NCBI GenBank assembly: GCA_046542255.1
Contig: JBKHBT010000001.1
Coordinates: 41,627 to 105,626 of the forward strand
Reading direction: 5' to 3'
DNA: 64,000 nt
Origin: Candidatus Zixiibacteriota bacterium
GTDB lineage: Bacteria > UBP14 > UBA6098 > JBKHBT01
Made by a program: the position numbers and the translations under genes. Of the stretch, positions 10,275 to 18,903 are shown piece after piece. Below the pieces are notes generated by a model. The model saw nothing but the letters and a program-made list of their open reading frames with translations. It was not told the origin of the DNA and searched no databases. Within the stretch, counting starts at the first letter, position 1, and every line of letters starts with the position of its first letter.

Positions 10275-11051
10275 ATGAAAAAAATTATTATAGCAGCTAT
10301 GTTAATGGTGATTTCAGTTTCTTTTGCGGTCGATACTCACACGAATGCTACTCCAGAAGCCGAACAACCCAAGGCCAAATTGGAACTTCGCGAAACTAAA
10401 TTCGATTTTGGAATTGCTCCAGATGGCCAAAGAATGACCCATCATTTTTTACTCAGAAGTGTTGGAGAAGATCCACTTCTTATAAATAGTGTGCGCGCAA
10501 CCTGTGGCTGTACTTCTGCACCTGTGGAGAAAGATTCACTCACGCCCGGAGATTCGACTTTTCTCAAGGTTACATTCAATAGCAGTGGCTATCGCGGAAG
10601 AAAAGCCAGAAAGCATGTCAGGATAAATTCCAATAATGCTGGCCGTTCTATTCAGAATGTCGGGTTTTCCGCATTTTGCGATACTTCAAAATATACAGTC
10701 ATAAAACCCGATCCAGTAGTTATTGATGTTGGCAGCGGCGAAGATTTCATGGACGAAAATAAATTCATGGTCAAAAATATTACCGAAGACCAGACTATCG
10801 AGCTTAAGGTTGTCACCTATGATTTCGACCATATCGAAGAAGTCAAAATTAAAAATGATAAGCTAAAACCTGGAAAAGATACAGAAGTGATTGTCAAAAT
10901 GAAAGAACCCGTAGATGGCGAAAGAATTCTTAGCTCTGTTACGATTGAAGCCAGCGATGAAGCCAAATCAAGAATAACGATACCTATCCGTGGCGGAAGA
11001 AATATCACAAGGCGACATCCGAGAAGACAATCCAATAATCCAAATAAGTAA
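10275..11051 (+). CDS. Secreted DUF1573 domain protein
   Basis: 258 aa. Signal peptide. …LINSVRATCGCTSAPVEKDSLTPGDSTFLKVTFNSSGYRG…VRINSNN matches the DUF1573 signature (SCGCT…PG…G…V.F). This family is typical of the Bacteroidetes/Chlorobi group. AGGAGG RBS. Confidence 0.65.
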   Translation: MKKIIIAAMLMVISVSFAVDTHTNATPEAEQPKAKLELRETKFDFGIAPDGQRMTHHFLLRSVGEDPLLINSVRATCGCTSAPVEKDSLTPGDSTFLKVTFNSSGYRGRKARKHVRINSNNAGRSIQNVGFSAFCDTSKYTVIKPDPVVIDVGSGEDFMDENKFMVKNITEDQTIELKVVTYDFDHIEEVKIKNDKLKPGKDTEVIVKMKEPVDGERILSSVTIEASDEAKSRITIPIRGGRNITRRHPRRQSNNPNK

Positions 11052-11066
11052 TAAGTAAATAAAGAG

Positions 11067-12752
11067 ATGTTATATTCTATGAATGTTTTCTTCAAGAATT
11101 ATACCGCAATACTTCTACTGGGTATTGCGGTTTTTATTACAGCAATTTTCCCACAGGTAGCAAATGCTCAGGACAAGGAATCAGTCGAAATAGTCTTTTT
11201 CCATTCACATGGCTGCAATCACTGTGATTCGATTTATACCGAATTTATTGTGCCAGCCTTAGAAAAGTATGGAGATAAAATAGATCTCGAATCCTACGAT
11301 GTCGATGATCCTGAAAAAGGCGATGAGAATTATACTACCATGTTAGAATACGAAGACCGCTATGATGATCATGGCAATGATTTTCCATCTGTGATTATTG
11401 GTGGCAAATTCCTCGGCAATACCAGCGAGATTCGCCCTGTTTTCAATGATATCCTTCAAAAAGAGCTGGCCAAACTCGAATCTGATGATGATACTAAAGC
11501 CATAGAAGAAAAAGAAATCACCAAATCCGAAGACAAAGAATCCACCGATTCGGATTCATCAGAGGCTGATTCAATTTCAAAAGCTGATGAGGAAATGGCC
11601 GAAGCCGATGAATCAAAGAAGATTCCGGAAGGAACTCTATACATTATCTATTTCAATAAAGCTGGGTGTGATCATTGCTCAAGAGTTCATAGAAATCTTA
11701 AATATATAGAAAATCAGTATCCTAATATCGTAATCAAGGAATTCGATGTGGAAAATGCAGATGGAGCTTCTTTGTCGGAATATCTTTCTTCAAAGCATGA
11801 TATTCCATCTGAGAAACATCTTGCGGCTCCAGCAGTCTTTGCTGGAGATGGATATTTGATACTGGATGAAATTCAATTTCATTCAATTCTCGAACTTTTG
11901 AGAGAGCAGGGCGAGAAGGCAAAACAAGATATCTCTGATGTGCCGGATAAAGAGCTTGCAATGGCATATGAAAAGATAAAAGACAAGTTCAGCGAGGTCT
12001 CTATCTGGACAGTTATCGGAGCTGGCCTGATCGATGGAATCAATCCATGCGCTTTTGGCGTGATTATTTTCTTTATCACATTTCTTACCGTCATGAAAAG
12101 GTCCAAAAGCGAAATGCTCATTACGGGAATTGCTTTTACTATATCTGTTTTTGTAACTTATTTCCTTGTCGGAATCGGTATCCTGAAGTTCCTGATCGAG
12201 CTGAAAGCCTACGAAGCTATCACCAATTGGATTTACCTTTTGATGGGTATCTTCGTAGCCGTACTGGCAGTTCTATCGATTGTGGATTTCATCAGGACTC
12301 GCAAAGGCAAATCCAAGGACATGCTATTGCAATTGCCATCCGGAATCAAGAAAAGGATGCATAAGATAATCCGCAAGGAAAGCAAGGCCAAGACCAAGTT
12401 CAATATGGTACTGGCAGCACTTTCTACTGGATTTTTGGTATCTCTTATGGAAATGGCATGTACCGGCCAGGTCTATCTGCCAATGATTACCGTGATGACT
12501 CAAACGCCGGATGCAAGAGTCAAGGCGATTGCCTATCTGCTGCTTTACAATCTGATGTTTATCTTACCGCTAGTTATCATTTTTTCGATTACTATGGCAG
12601 GTGTCTCCAGTCAAAAAATGGGGCAATTCCTCGAAAAGAATACATATCTTATCAAGATACTTCTTACTCTGCTATTTATAGGCCTTGGTTATTACTTACT
12701 TATGCATGTAGATTTCTCTATGATTCTCGGCCTTTTTGGAGCAGGAACCTGA
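11067..12752 (+). CDS. Thiol:disulfide interchange protein: two thioredoxin-like CxxC domains fused to a DsbD/CcdA-type membrane domain
   Basis: 561 aa. Signal peptide. CxxC motifs at HSHGCNHCDS and NKAGCDHCSR, separated by an acidic low-complexity linker (DSDSSEADSISKADEEMAEADESKK). The C-terminal 6-8 TM domain has GLIDGINPCAFGVI and MACTGQVYLP, matching the two conserved CcdA/DsbD transmembrane cysteines. Confidence 0.7.
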   Translation: MLYSMNVFFKNYTAILLLGIAVFITAIFPQVANAQDKESVEIVFFHSHGCNHCDSIYTEFIVPALEKYGDKIDLESYDVDDPEKGDENYTTMLEYEDRYDDHGNDFPSVIIGGKFLGNTSEIRPVFNDILQKELAKLESDDDTKAIEEKEITKSEDKESTDSDSSEADSISKADEEMAEADESKKIPEGTLYIIYFNKAGCDHCSRVHRNLKYIENQYPNIVIKEFDVENADGASLSEYLSSKHDIPSEKHLAAPAVFAGDGYLILDEIQFHSILELLREQGEKAKQDISDVPDKELAMAYEKIKDKFSEVSIWTVIGAGLIDGINPCAFGVIIFFITFLTVMKRSKSEMLITGIAFTISVFVTYFLVGIGILKFLIELKAYEAITNWIYLLMGIFVAVLAVLSIVDFIRTRKGKSKDMLLQLPSGIKKRMHKIIRKESKAKTKFNMVLAALSTGFLVSLMEMACTGQVYLPMITVMTQTPDARVKAIAYLLLYNLMFILPLVIIFSITMAGVSSQKMGQFLEKNTYLIKILLTLLFIGLGYYLLMHVDFSMILGLFGAGT

Positions 12753-12768
12753 TTTAGATTATATCATG

Positions 12769-12795
12769 GCCCGACATTGAATGTCTGGCTTTTTT
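12769..12795 (+). terminator. Putative intrinsic terminator after the DsbD-like gene
   Basis: gcc(c)gacat-tga-atgtctggc imperfect hairpin (one bulge) at 12769-12789, followed by TTTTTT at 12790-12795. Confidence 0.5.
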
Positions 12796-12805
12796 ACTTT
12801 AGGAG

Positions 12806-13477
12806 GTGATTATTCCTTTTGCAAAAGACAGGCTATTATCTATCTATCAAATCATGTTCGATGCTTTTGGGCCGCAATATTGGTGGCCAGGTGATACAAG
12901 GCTCGAGATATGCATCGGTGCAATCCTGACACAGAACACCAATTGGAAAAATGCCGCTAAAGCCATCGAAAACCTTAAGAAAGAAGGAATGCTCGATCTT
13001 TATGCAATCGCAGGTTCTGATGAAAAAAAGCTTGCCGAAATGATACGTTCTTCAGGCTATTATAATCAAAAGACCAAGAAGCTGAAGGCTTTCGCTAAAT
13101 TTGTGATAGAAGAAGAAGAGAGCTTCGAAGGCTTCGATAGCTATGACACAGTGAAGCTTCGCGAATTATTGCTATCGATAAGAGGAATCGGCCCGGAGAC
13201 GGCGGATGATATGCTGCTATATGCATTCGATAGGCCGGTTTTCGTGGTCGATGCATATACATTCCGCATTTTCCACCGACATGGTTTACTCGATGATTCT
13301 GCAAGCTATAATGAGATTGCAGAATTGTTTGCTTCTAATCTCGAGTCAGATTCTAAGCTCTATGGCGAATATCATGCTCTAATTGTGCAAATAGGCAAGA
13401 ATTTCTGTAAAAAAAGCAAGCCCAAATGTGAGAGCTGTCCGCTTTTCGGTGATCTAAAGAAAATATCGGGGCAATAA
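12806..13477 (+). CDS. HhH-GPD superfamily DNA glycosylase (endonuclease III-related)
   Basis: YWWPGDTRLEICIGAILTQNTNW…LLSIRGIGPETADDMLLYAF…VDAYTFRIF matches the HhH-GPD fold. C-terminal CKKSKPKCESCP is a cysteine cluster. The annotated GTG at 12806 abuts the AGGAGG RBS, so the real start is uncertain and may be the ATG at 12854. Confidence 0.65.
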   Translation: MIIPFAKDRLLSIYQIMFDAFGPQYWWPGDTRLEICIGAILTQNTNWKNAAKAIENLKKEGMLDLYAIAGSDEKKLAEMIRSSGYYNQKTKKLKAFAKFVIEEEESFEGFDSYDTVKLRELLLSIRGIGPETADDMLLYAFDRPVFVVDAYTFRIFHRHGLLDDSASYNEIAELFASNLESDSKLYGEYHALIVQIGKNFCKKSKPKCESCPLFGDLKKISGQ

Positions 13478-13518
13478 ATTCCAAAAACTATTTTGAAAAT
13501 CTACTCAGGGGGCTTAAA

Positions 13519-14454
13519 TTGTTAAATATGAGAAGGATGAAATACATATTCTTATTCTCTTTGATCCTGATATGCTTCGGCGAACCGGGGACGGATGATT
13601 TCACGAGAATCTCGGTGGAGCCATTTTATGAGGCTACTGGCGGTGCATTTGCTGCAAAGAGCTTTGTAGAGCTAATTCCAAAGGCATCGGCTTCGAACTA
13701 TAATCCTGCTTTGCTGGACGGCCAGAGATCGATTATGCTTTCACATAGCAGCGTATTCGATAATCTCTATATCGCCGATTTCATAGCCTATGGCGACCGC
13801 TTCTCCGAAAAGATTAATTGGGGGATCTCTGCTCTTGTATCTGGCGGCGATGGCCTTATGGTAACTGCATTACCAGATGAAGAGGATAGCATTTCGATGG
13901 ATAATAGGCCATTTATTCTTGAAGAAAAATCGCATTACGATTTTATTATTAATCCATCGGCAAGCTATCGGCTTAGCGATAGAACGAAGGCGGGAATAAC
14001 TGTGCGTCTGTTCTATCGCAAAATTATGGATGAGAATGCTATGGGCGGTGGATTATCCGCAGGCCTTAGCCATAGCCTTAGCAAGAAACTCAATCTTGGC
14101 GCATATATCAGGAATCTATCGACTATGCCTGTTATTTGGAGCACTGGCACCAATGAAACTGCCTTGCCATCATTCCGATTGGGCGGCGTATATAGATTGG
14201 CCGAAAATGAAAATCTCACTGTCGAAGCAGCAGCAGATGGCGAATATTCACTCGATGAGAAGATTTTTGATTATGGTGGTGGCATCAGGGCACAGTTTAT
14301 AGACAGATTTTCGGTTCTTTTGGGATATGGCGACAAAGGTTTCTCAGCCGGTGCGGCTGCTATTTTCAATGGAATCGGCATATCGGCATCATATAGTAAT
14401 CAAAGCGAGTTGAATAATTCATATAGGATAGCGCTATTCTATAGGTGGAATTAA
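13519..14454 (+). CDS. Outer-membrane beta-barrel protein, PorV/FadL-like (NPALL motif)
   Basis: 311 aa. Signal peptide. TGGAFAAKSFVELIPKASASNYNPALL parallels the GGAYRAI…YWNPAGL motif of the 4075..5457 OMP. Beta-strand periodicity. Start ambiguous (TTG 13519, or ATG 13528/13537). Confidence 0.4.
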   Translation: MLNMRRMKYIFLFSLILICFGEPGTDDFTRISVEPFYEATGGAFAAKSFVELIPKASASNYNPALLDGQRSIMLSHSSVFDNLYIADFIAYGDRFSEKINWGISALVSGGDGLMVTALPDEEDSISMDNRPFILEEKSHYDFIINPSASYRLSDRTKAGITVRLFYRKIMDENAMGGGLSAGLSHSLSKKLNLGAYIRNLSTMPVIWSTGTNETALPSFRLGGVYRLAENENLTVEAAADGEYSLDEKIFDYGGGIRAQFIDRFSVLLGYGDKGFSAGAAAIFNGIGISASYSNQSELNNSYRIALFYRWN

Positions 14455-15380
14455 TGATTCTTTCTCGAAAAGCCTTCTTATTATTGATATTGACTCTAAT
14501 ATCTGCTAATTTTGCAGCTCAGGAAGATGTGGACTTATATTCGCATTTCTGGGAACATATACAAAAAATGCCGCTTCTTGAACCACCTTCACATGATGAG
14601 ATTCGTTTTGCTGATTTTCTATTCGAGCATGGCCTTTATGATGATGCAATCACTGAGTATAGCCGATTTATCTATGCGAATAGAGATGATGCTAATCGCG
14701 ATTATGCTTTGTTTCAAAAAGCGGTTTGCTATTTCAAGATAAATGATAATATTCAGGCCAGAAGCACTTTGAATGAACTGGCGTATAGCTCAAGAGATCA
14801 AGATAATGCCTTTCGAGCGCGCTTGATTCTATCTTTGCATTATGTCGCAACTGGCGATATGAAAAGAGGCCGTTTCGAGCTTCAGGAATTACAAAGAACG
14901 GCTACACTCGATAGACAGGGCCTTATCAATTATTTCTTTGGTTGGATGGACTTGATCGATGGAGAAATCGAATCTGCAAATCTGTGTTTCGAAAAATCAT
15001 TTCGCGATACATTGACACCAAAGCGCTATCAAAAACGCGCCTATGAGATCCATAGGTGGTTCAATGCTGAAGACCCAGAATTGCCGGATAAATCACCAGC
15101 CATCGCAGCATTTGCTTCGAGCATACTTCCTGGAACCGGACAAATGTACGCTGGCAGTTTCGCCGATGGCATCAATTCGATGATAATAAACGCTGGATGC
15201 GGTTATCTTACTATTAGCAATTTCACTGCTGCCAGGTATTTTCAGGGAGCATATATCCTTTACTTTTTATGGAAAAGATATTATCTTGGTGGAATTAGTA
15301 ATGCTGAGGCCAGAGCAATTGAATTTAACGATAATGCTCGCGATGAGATAATTGCATCATTGATGGATGCTTTTTTGTAG
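14445..15380 (+). CDS. Secreted TPR-like protein with C-terminal hydrophobic PGTGQMYAG module (paralog 1)
   Basis: 311 aa. Signal peptide. TPR-like helical repeats. C-terminal SILPGTGQMYAGSFADGINSMIINAG followed by hydrophobic segments. Aligns with the 15845..16744 product. Confidence 0.5.
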   Translation: MELMILSRKAFLLLILTLISANFAAQEDVDLYSHFWEHIQKMPLLEPPSHDEIRFADFLFEHGLYDDAITEYSRFIYANRDDANRDYALFQKAVCYFKINDNIQARSTLNELAYSSRDQDNAFRARLILSLHYVATGDMKRGRFELQELQRTATLDRQGLINYFFGWMDLIDGEIESANLCFEKSFRDTLTPKRYQKRAYEIHRWFNAEDPELPDKSPAIAAFASSILPGTGQMYAGSFADGINSMIINAGCGYLTISNFTAARYFQGAYILYFLWKRYYLGGISNAEARAIEFNDNARDEIIASLMDAFL

Positions 15381-15387
15381 GTAATAA

Positions 15388-15867
15388 ATGAAATGGCTAA
15401 TTTTTACATTATTTTTTATCCTAAATATTGGAATGGCTCAGGCAGATGATATCAAACCGCCTCATGCGGACCCTGATGCTCCGATTGCCAATCATGATAG
15501 CCTGCTAAAAGTTAGAATTCCGCCGAAATATAATAATCCCGATATGGATGCTTCGATAAATCCAAAGATTATCGGAAAAGCACAAAAAGATAGGAATACA
15601 AATGCCACCAATCCAGTTAAAATGCTTGCAGATTTGCTTTTTCGACTTTATTCGAGGTTCATCACGCCGCAAGATGATCAGAAATGCCAATTCGAGCTAT
15701 CCTGTAGTGCCTATGCCAGGAAGGCTTTTAGATGCCAAAACCCTGTTAAGGCTGCGCTTATGACCTCTGATAGATTGCTTCGATGTAATCCTGTTGCATA
15801 TAAGTACTATGGAAAAAATCAAAATGAGCAATTAATCGATAATATTGATGGAGTCTGCAATGAATAG
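15388..15867 (+). CDS. YidD-like (DUF37) protein with N-terminal secreted extension
   Basis: 159 aa. C-terminal half LLFRLYSRFITPQDDQKCQFELSCSAYARKAFRCQNPVKAALMTSDRLLRCNPVA matches the YidD consensus (YQ..ISP….C.F.PSCS.Y…A…G…G..L…RLLRCHP). N-terminal ~90 aa is a signal peptide plus an extra region. Confidence 0.6.
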   Translation: MKWLIFTLFFILNIGMAQADDIKPPHADPDAPIANHDSLLKVRIPPKYNNPDMDASINPKIIGKAQKDRNTNATNPVKMLADLLFRLYSRFITPQDDQKCQFELSCSAYARKAFRCQNPVKAALMTSDRLLRCNPVAYKYYGKNQNEQLIDNIDGVCNE

Positions 15868-16744
15868 TTTTTTGAAATTATTGCTTTTGTTTTTGATTGT
15901 CATTAGCGTCTTTCCTGCCGATGATATTAAACCGGATTCGCCCGAAGGTGTTTTACACTTTGCCGACCATCTATTCCAGTATGGCGAATATCGCCGTGCT
16001 GCAACAGAATACCTTCGATACTATTCTCTTTATTTCGATAAAGAAGATTCTGACCATGCGCTTTTCAATGCTGCCTTTTCATTGGAGAAGTCAGAGGAAT
16101 ATTCTAATGCTCGAAATTTCTATATGATGCTAAAAAATAAAAGCGGTAATGATTATAAAGCCGGCCTTGCTGGATACCGTTATGCTGTTAATCATTTTCT
16201 CGATGAGAATATCGATTCGTGTTTGATATATATCGATGAATATCGTGCCAGCGAGAGCTTTTCTCATAGATATTTAGAAGGTTTTTGTTATCTCAAGATG
16301 CGTGAATATGCTCTCGCTGAAAGCCTGTATTATTCACTTGCTTCAATCAATGCTGCCAGCGAGCTTTCTTCGAGTGTTCATTATTTGATATCAAAATCCC
16401 GCCAGGGTTCTTCACTGCCGGCCAGAAACCCGGCTACGGCGGCACTTATGTCCACGGTAATTCCCGGCCTCGGCATGGGCTATTCCGAAAGATGGGGCGA
16501 TGCTTTCTTTAGCTTTATGGCAGTTGCTGTTACAATTGCGCCCGCAGTTTATTTCTACGAAGAAGACAGGACATTCTCGATAACTACCGGTTTGATTGGA
16601 TTATTTTTCTATGGCGGAAATATCTATGGGTCTGCCAATGCAGCCAAGAAATTCAATGAGAAAAAGCACAAAGATTTCTACAATAGTACACTTGAAGGCG
16701 TACCTTTCCAACCTGACGAAATTAACACCAATTTCAAACCATAA
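15845..16744 (+). CDS. Secreted TPR-like protein with C-terminal PGLGMGYSE hydrophobic module (paralog 2)
   Basis: 299 aa. Real start is probably the ATG at 15860 (GGAG 6 nt upstream; MNSFLKLLLLFL signal peptide). HFADHLFQYGEYRRAATEYLRYY aligns with RFADFLFEHGLYDDAITEYSRFI of paralog 1. C-terminal TVIPGLGMGYSERWGDAFFSFMAVAV aligns with SILPGTGQMYAGSFADGINSMIINAG of paralog 1. Confidence 0.5.
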   Translation: MMESAMNSFLKLLLLFLIVISVFPADDIKPDSPEGVLHFADHLFQYGEYRRAATEYLRYYSLYFDKEDSDHALFNAAFSLEKSEEYSNARNFYMMLKNKSGNDYKAGLAGYRYAVNHFLDENIDSCLIYIDEYRASESFSHRYLEGFCYLKMREYALAESLYYSLASINAASELSSSVHYLISKSRQGSSLPARNPATAALMSTVIPGLGMGYSERWGDAFFSFMAVAVTIAPAVYFYEEDRTFSITTGLIGLFFYGGNIYGSANAAKKFNEKKHKDFYNSTLEGVPFQPDEINTNFKP

Positions 16745-17346
16745 TGGCAAAATCAATTAAAAATGAAATAAAAAGAAAAGCGATTCACCTTGCCGCTCTG
16801 TCTATACCGATTGGCTATAGCTTTCTCGATAAAAAAACAGCGCTTTTTTGGGTAGCTTTATGTACAGTTATATCAGCCTTGATAGATATATTACGTTCTG
16901 AAAACCGTGCAATAAGAATACTTTTCTTCAAATTCTTCCGCGATATGCTTCGACATAAAGAGAAGTATAATTTTACAGGAGCCACTTTTATTCTATTTGG
17001 TAGTACCCTGACTTTGCTATTCTACAATAAATGGTTTGCAATTATTGCAGTTACTTATATTATTGTGGGCGATGTTTTTGCTGCAATAATTGGTAAATCA
17101 TTTGGAAAACACAGGATTTACGGCTCCGGCTCTATCGAGGGCAGTATAGCTTTTTTCATAAGTGCTGCTTTATTTACTTCTCTGATGTTTTGGGTTCCCT
17201 ATGAGATAGTTCCAATATACTATCGAATTTTGGGCGCTGTGCTGGCTGCTGCAATCGAGCTTGTGATCAATCAAGTCGATGATAACCTTACAGTTCCTTT
17301 ATTGACGGGACTTGTACTTCAGTTTGCATTAAGCGGTAGATTATGA
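16744..17346 (+). CDS. Polytopic membrane protein, CTP-transferase superfamily (CdsA / dolichol-kinase-like)
   Basis: 200 aa, about 6 TM. Motif IIVGDVFAAIIGKSFGKHRIYGSGSIEGSIAFFI resembles the C-terminal catalytic motif of phosphatidate cytidylyltransferase and polyprenol kinases. Confidence 0.4.
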   Translation: MAKSIKNEIKRKAIHLAALSIPIGYSFLDKKTALFWVALCTVISALIDILRSENRAIRILFFKFFRDMLRHKEKYNFTGATFILFGSTLTLLFYNKWFAIIAVTYIIVGDVFAAIIGKSFGKHRIYGSGSIEGSIAFFISAALFTSLMFWVPYEIVPIYYRILGAVLAAAIELVINQVDDNLTVPLLTGLVLQFALSGRL

Positions 17347-17388
17347 TATATTATATAAATTATGTGATGGTTTACAGCAGGAGGAATA

Positions 17389-18903
17389 ATGGAATCGATA
17401 ATACCAAAAGCGGCATTAGTATCTGTTTATAACAAAAATCACGATGTCATAGAGTTTGCCAAAAAATTACTCGACTATGGCATAGATATCTATGCATCGA
17501 GTGGAACTTATGCATATCTCAAAAAAAGCAATATCGTATCTTATCCGCTGGAGCAAATTACAGGCTTCGAGAAGCTTCTCGATGGAAGAGTCAAGACACT
17601 TCATCCTAATATATATTCTGCAATTCTGGGCAAAGAAGATGACCGCAAGAGAGAATTGGCTTTTGATATTGTGGCAGTCGATTTATATCCTTTCGAAGAT
17701 GCCCTGAAATCAGGAAAGCCTCAGAATGATCTTATCGAGATGGTCGATATCGGTGGTGTTGCTTTGCTTCGCGCTTCTGCTAAGAATTATCATTATGTTC
17801 TTTCAATATGCGGAACATCCCAGCTACTAAAAGCCGCTGACCACATGGATGAAAACGATGGCAAGATTCTTCCAGAATTTTCAGCGAAATTTGCAAGGCA
17901 TTCCTTCCAATATACATCATATTACGATTCACTAATCTCGGCCGGCCTCTTTACCGATGAAGATGAGTTTCCCAAGTATATGTCATTGCCATTAAAAGTG
18001 GGACAGAAGCTGCGATATGGCGAAAATCCACATCAAAAGGCAATTTACTACAAACACTCCATTCCTTCACTGACAGGCAGAATGGAAAAGCTCTGGGGCA
18101 AAGACCTATCATACAATAATATTCTCGACATCGATGGCGCCATCCATGCACTTGCTCATCTATGGGGCAAAATTGGTGTTGTTGTTCTAAAGCATACTTC
18201 GCCATGTGGTATAGGAATTGGCAGCAATCAGGTGGATGCCTATGAAAAGGCGCTCGCATCAGATCCGCTTTCTGCTTTTGGCGGTGTTATTGGTGTCAAT
18301 GAAAAGGTCGGGCTGGAACTTGCAAAGTTAATATTGCGATTTTTCGTAGAGGTTGTTGTGGCACCGGATTTCGATGAGGATGCATTGGAGATATTCAAGG
18401 GCAAGAAGAATATCCGCATAGTCAGAATGCCCGACATCGGTTCTTATCCCGAGAAAATAGTTCGCGGAGTAGCCGGCGGATGTCTTGTCTCGGATTTCGA
18501 TAGTCCACAGGAGATTCCAGATTTTGAAGTCGTTTCAGAGAAAATGCCTACTGATGATCAGGTCTGCGATTTGCATTTTGCATGGCGTGCGATCAAGTCT
18601 GTCAAATCCAATTCGATTTTGATTGCCAAAAATGGCGGAACAGTAGGAATTGGCGGTGGCCAGCCCAGTCGGGTAGATGCTGCTATATCTGCAGTTCGGA
18701 AGGCTCAGGATGCTGCGATTGGCGCAGTTGCTGCATCGGATGCTTTTTTGCCTTTCCCGGATACCCTTCAAGTACTTGCGGATGCTGGAGTTACAGCATT
18801 GATACAGCCCGGCGGAAGCAGAAATGATAAGTTATCTATCGAGATGGCGAATAAGCTTGGAGTGGTTTTGGTATTTACCGGGATGAGGCATTTTAGGCAT
18901 TAA
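17389..18903 (+). CDS. purH: Bifunctional AICAR transformylase / IMP cyclohydrolase
   Basis: 504 aa. N-terminal MGS-like domain (ALVSVYNK…GTYAYL). C-terminal …VVLVFTGMRHFRH is the canonical PurH end. AGGAGG RBS. Confidence 0.92.
   Translation: MESIIPKAALVSVYNKNHDVIEFAKKLLDYGIDIYASSGTYAYLKKSNIVSYPLEQITGFEKLLDGRVKTLHPNIYSAILGKEDDRKRELAFDIVAVDLYPFEDALKSGKPQNDLIEMVDIGGVALLRASAKNYHYVLSICGTSQLLKAADHMDENDGKILPEFSAKFARHSFQYTSYYDSLISAGLFTDEDEFPKYMSLPLKVGQKLRYGENPHQKAIYYKHSIPSLTGRMEKLWGKDLSYNNILDIDGAIHALAHLWGKIGVVVLKHTSPCGIGIGSNQVDAYEKALASDPLSAFGGVIGVNEKVGLELAKLILRFFVEVVVAPDFDEDALEIFKGKKNIRIVRMPDIGSYPEKIVRGVAGGCLVSDFDSPQEIPDFEVVSEKMPTDDQVCDLHFAWRAIKSVKSNSILIAKNGGTVGIGGGQPSRVDAAISAVRKAQDAAIGAVAASDAFLPFPDTLQVLADAGVTALIQPGGSRNDKLSIEMANKLGVVLVFTGMRHFRH

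Noticed and set aside
12806-12808. GTG start of the HhH-GPD gene
   Set aside because: It directly abuts the AGGAGG Shine-Dalgarno with zero spacer. The real start is probably downstream (ATG at 12854). The feature is kept with an uncertain 5' end.
14512-14742. 76-aa plus-strand ORF (and others of 60-100 aa in alternate frames, for example 14030..14302, 15897..16127, 17492..17707)
   Set aside because: Nested out-of-frame within larger well-supported genes on the same strand.
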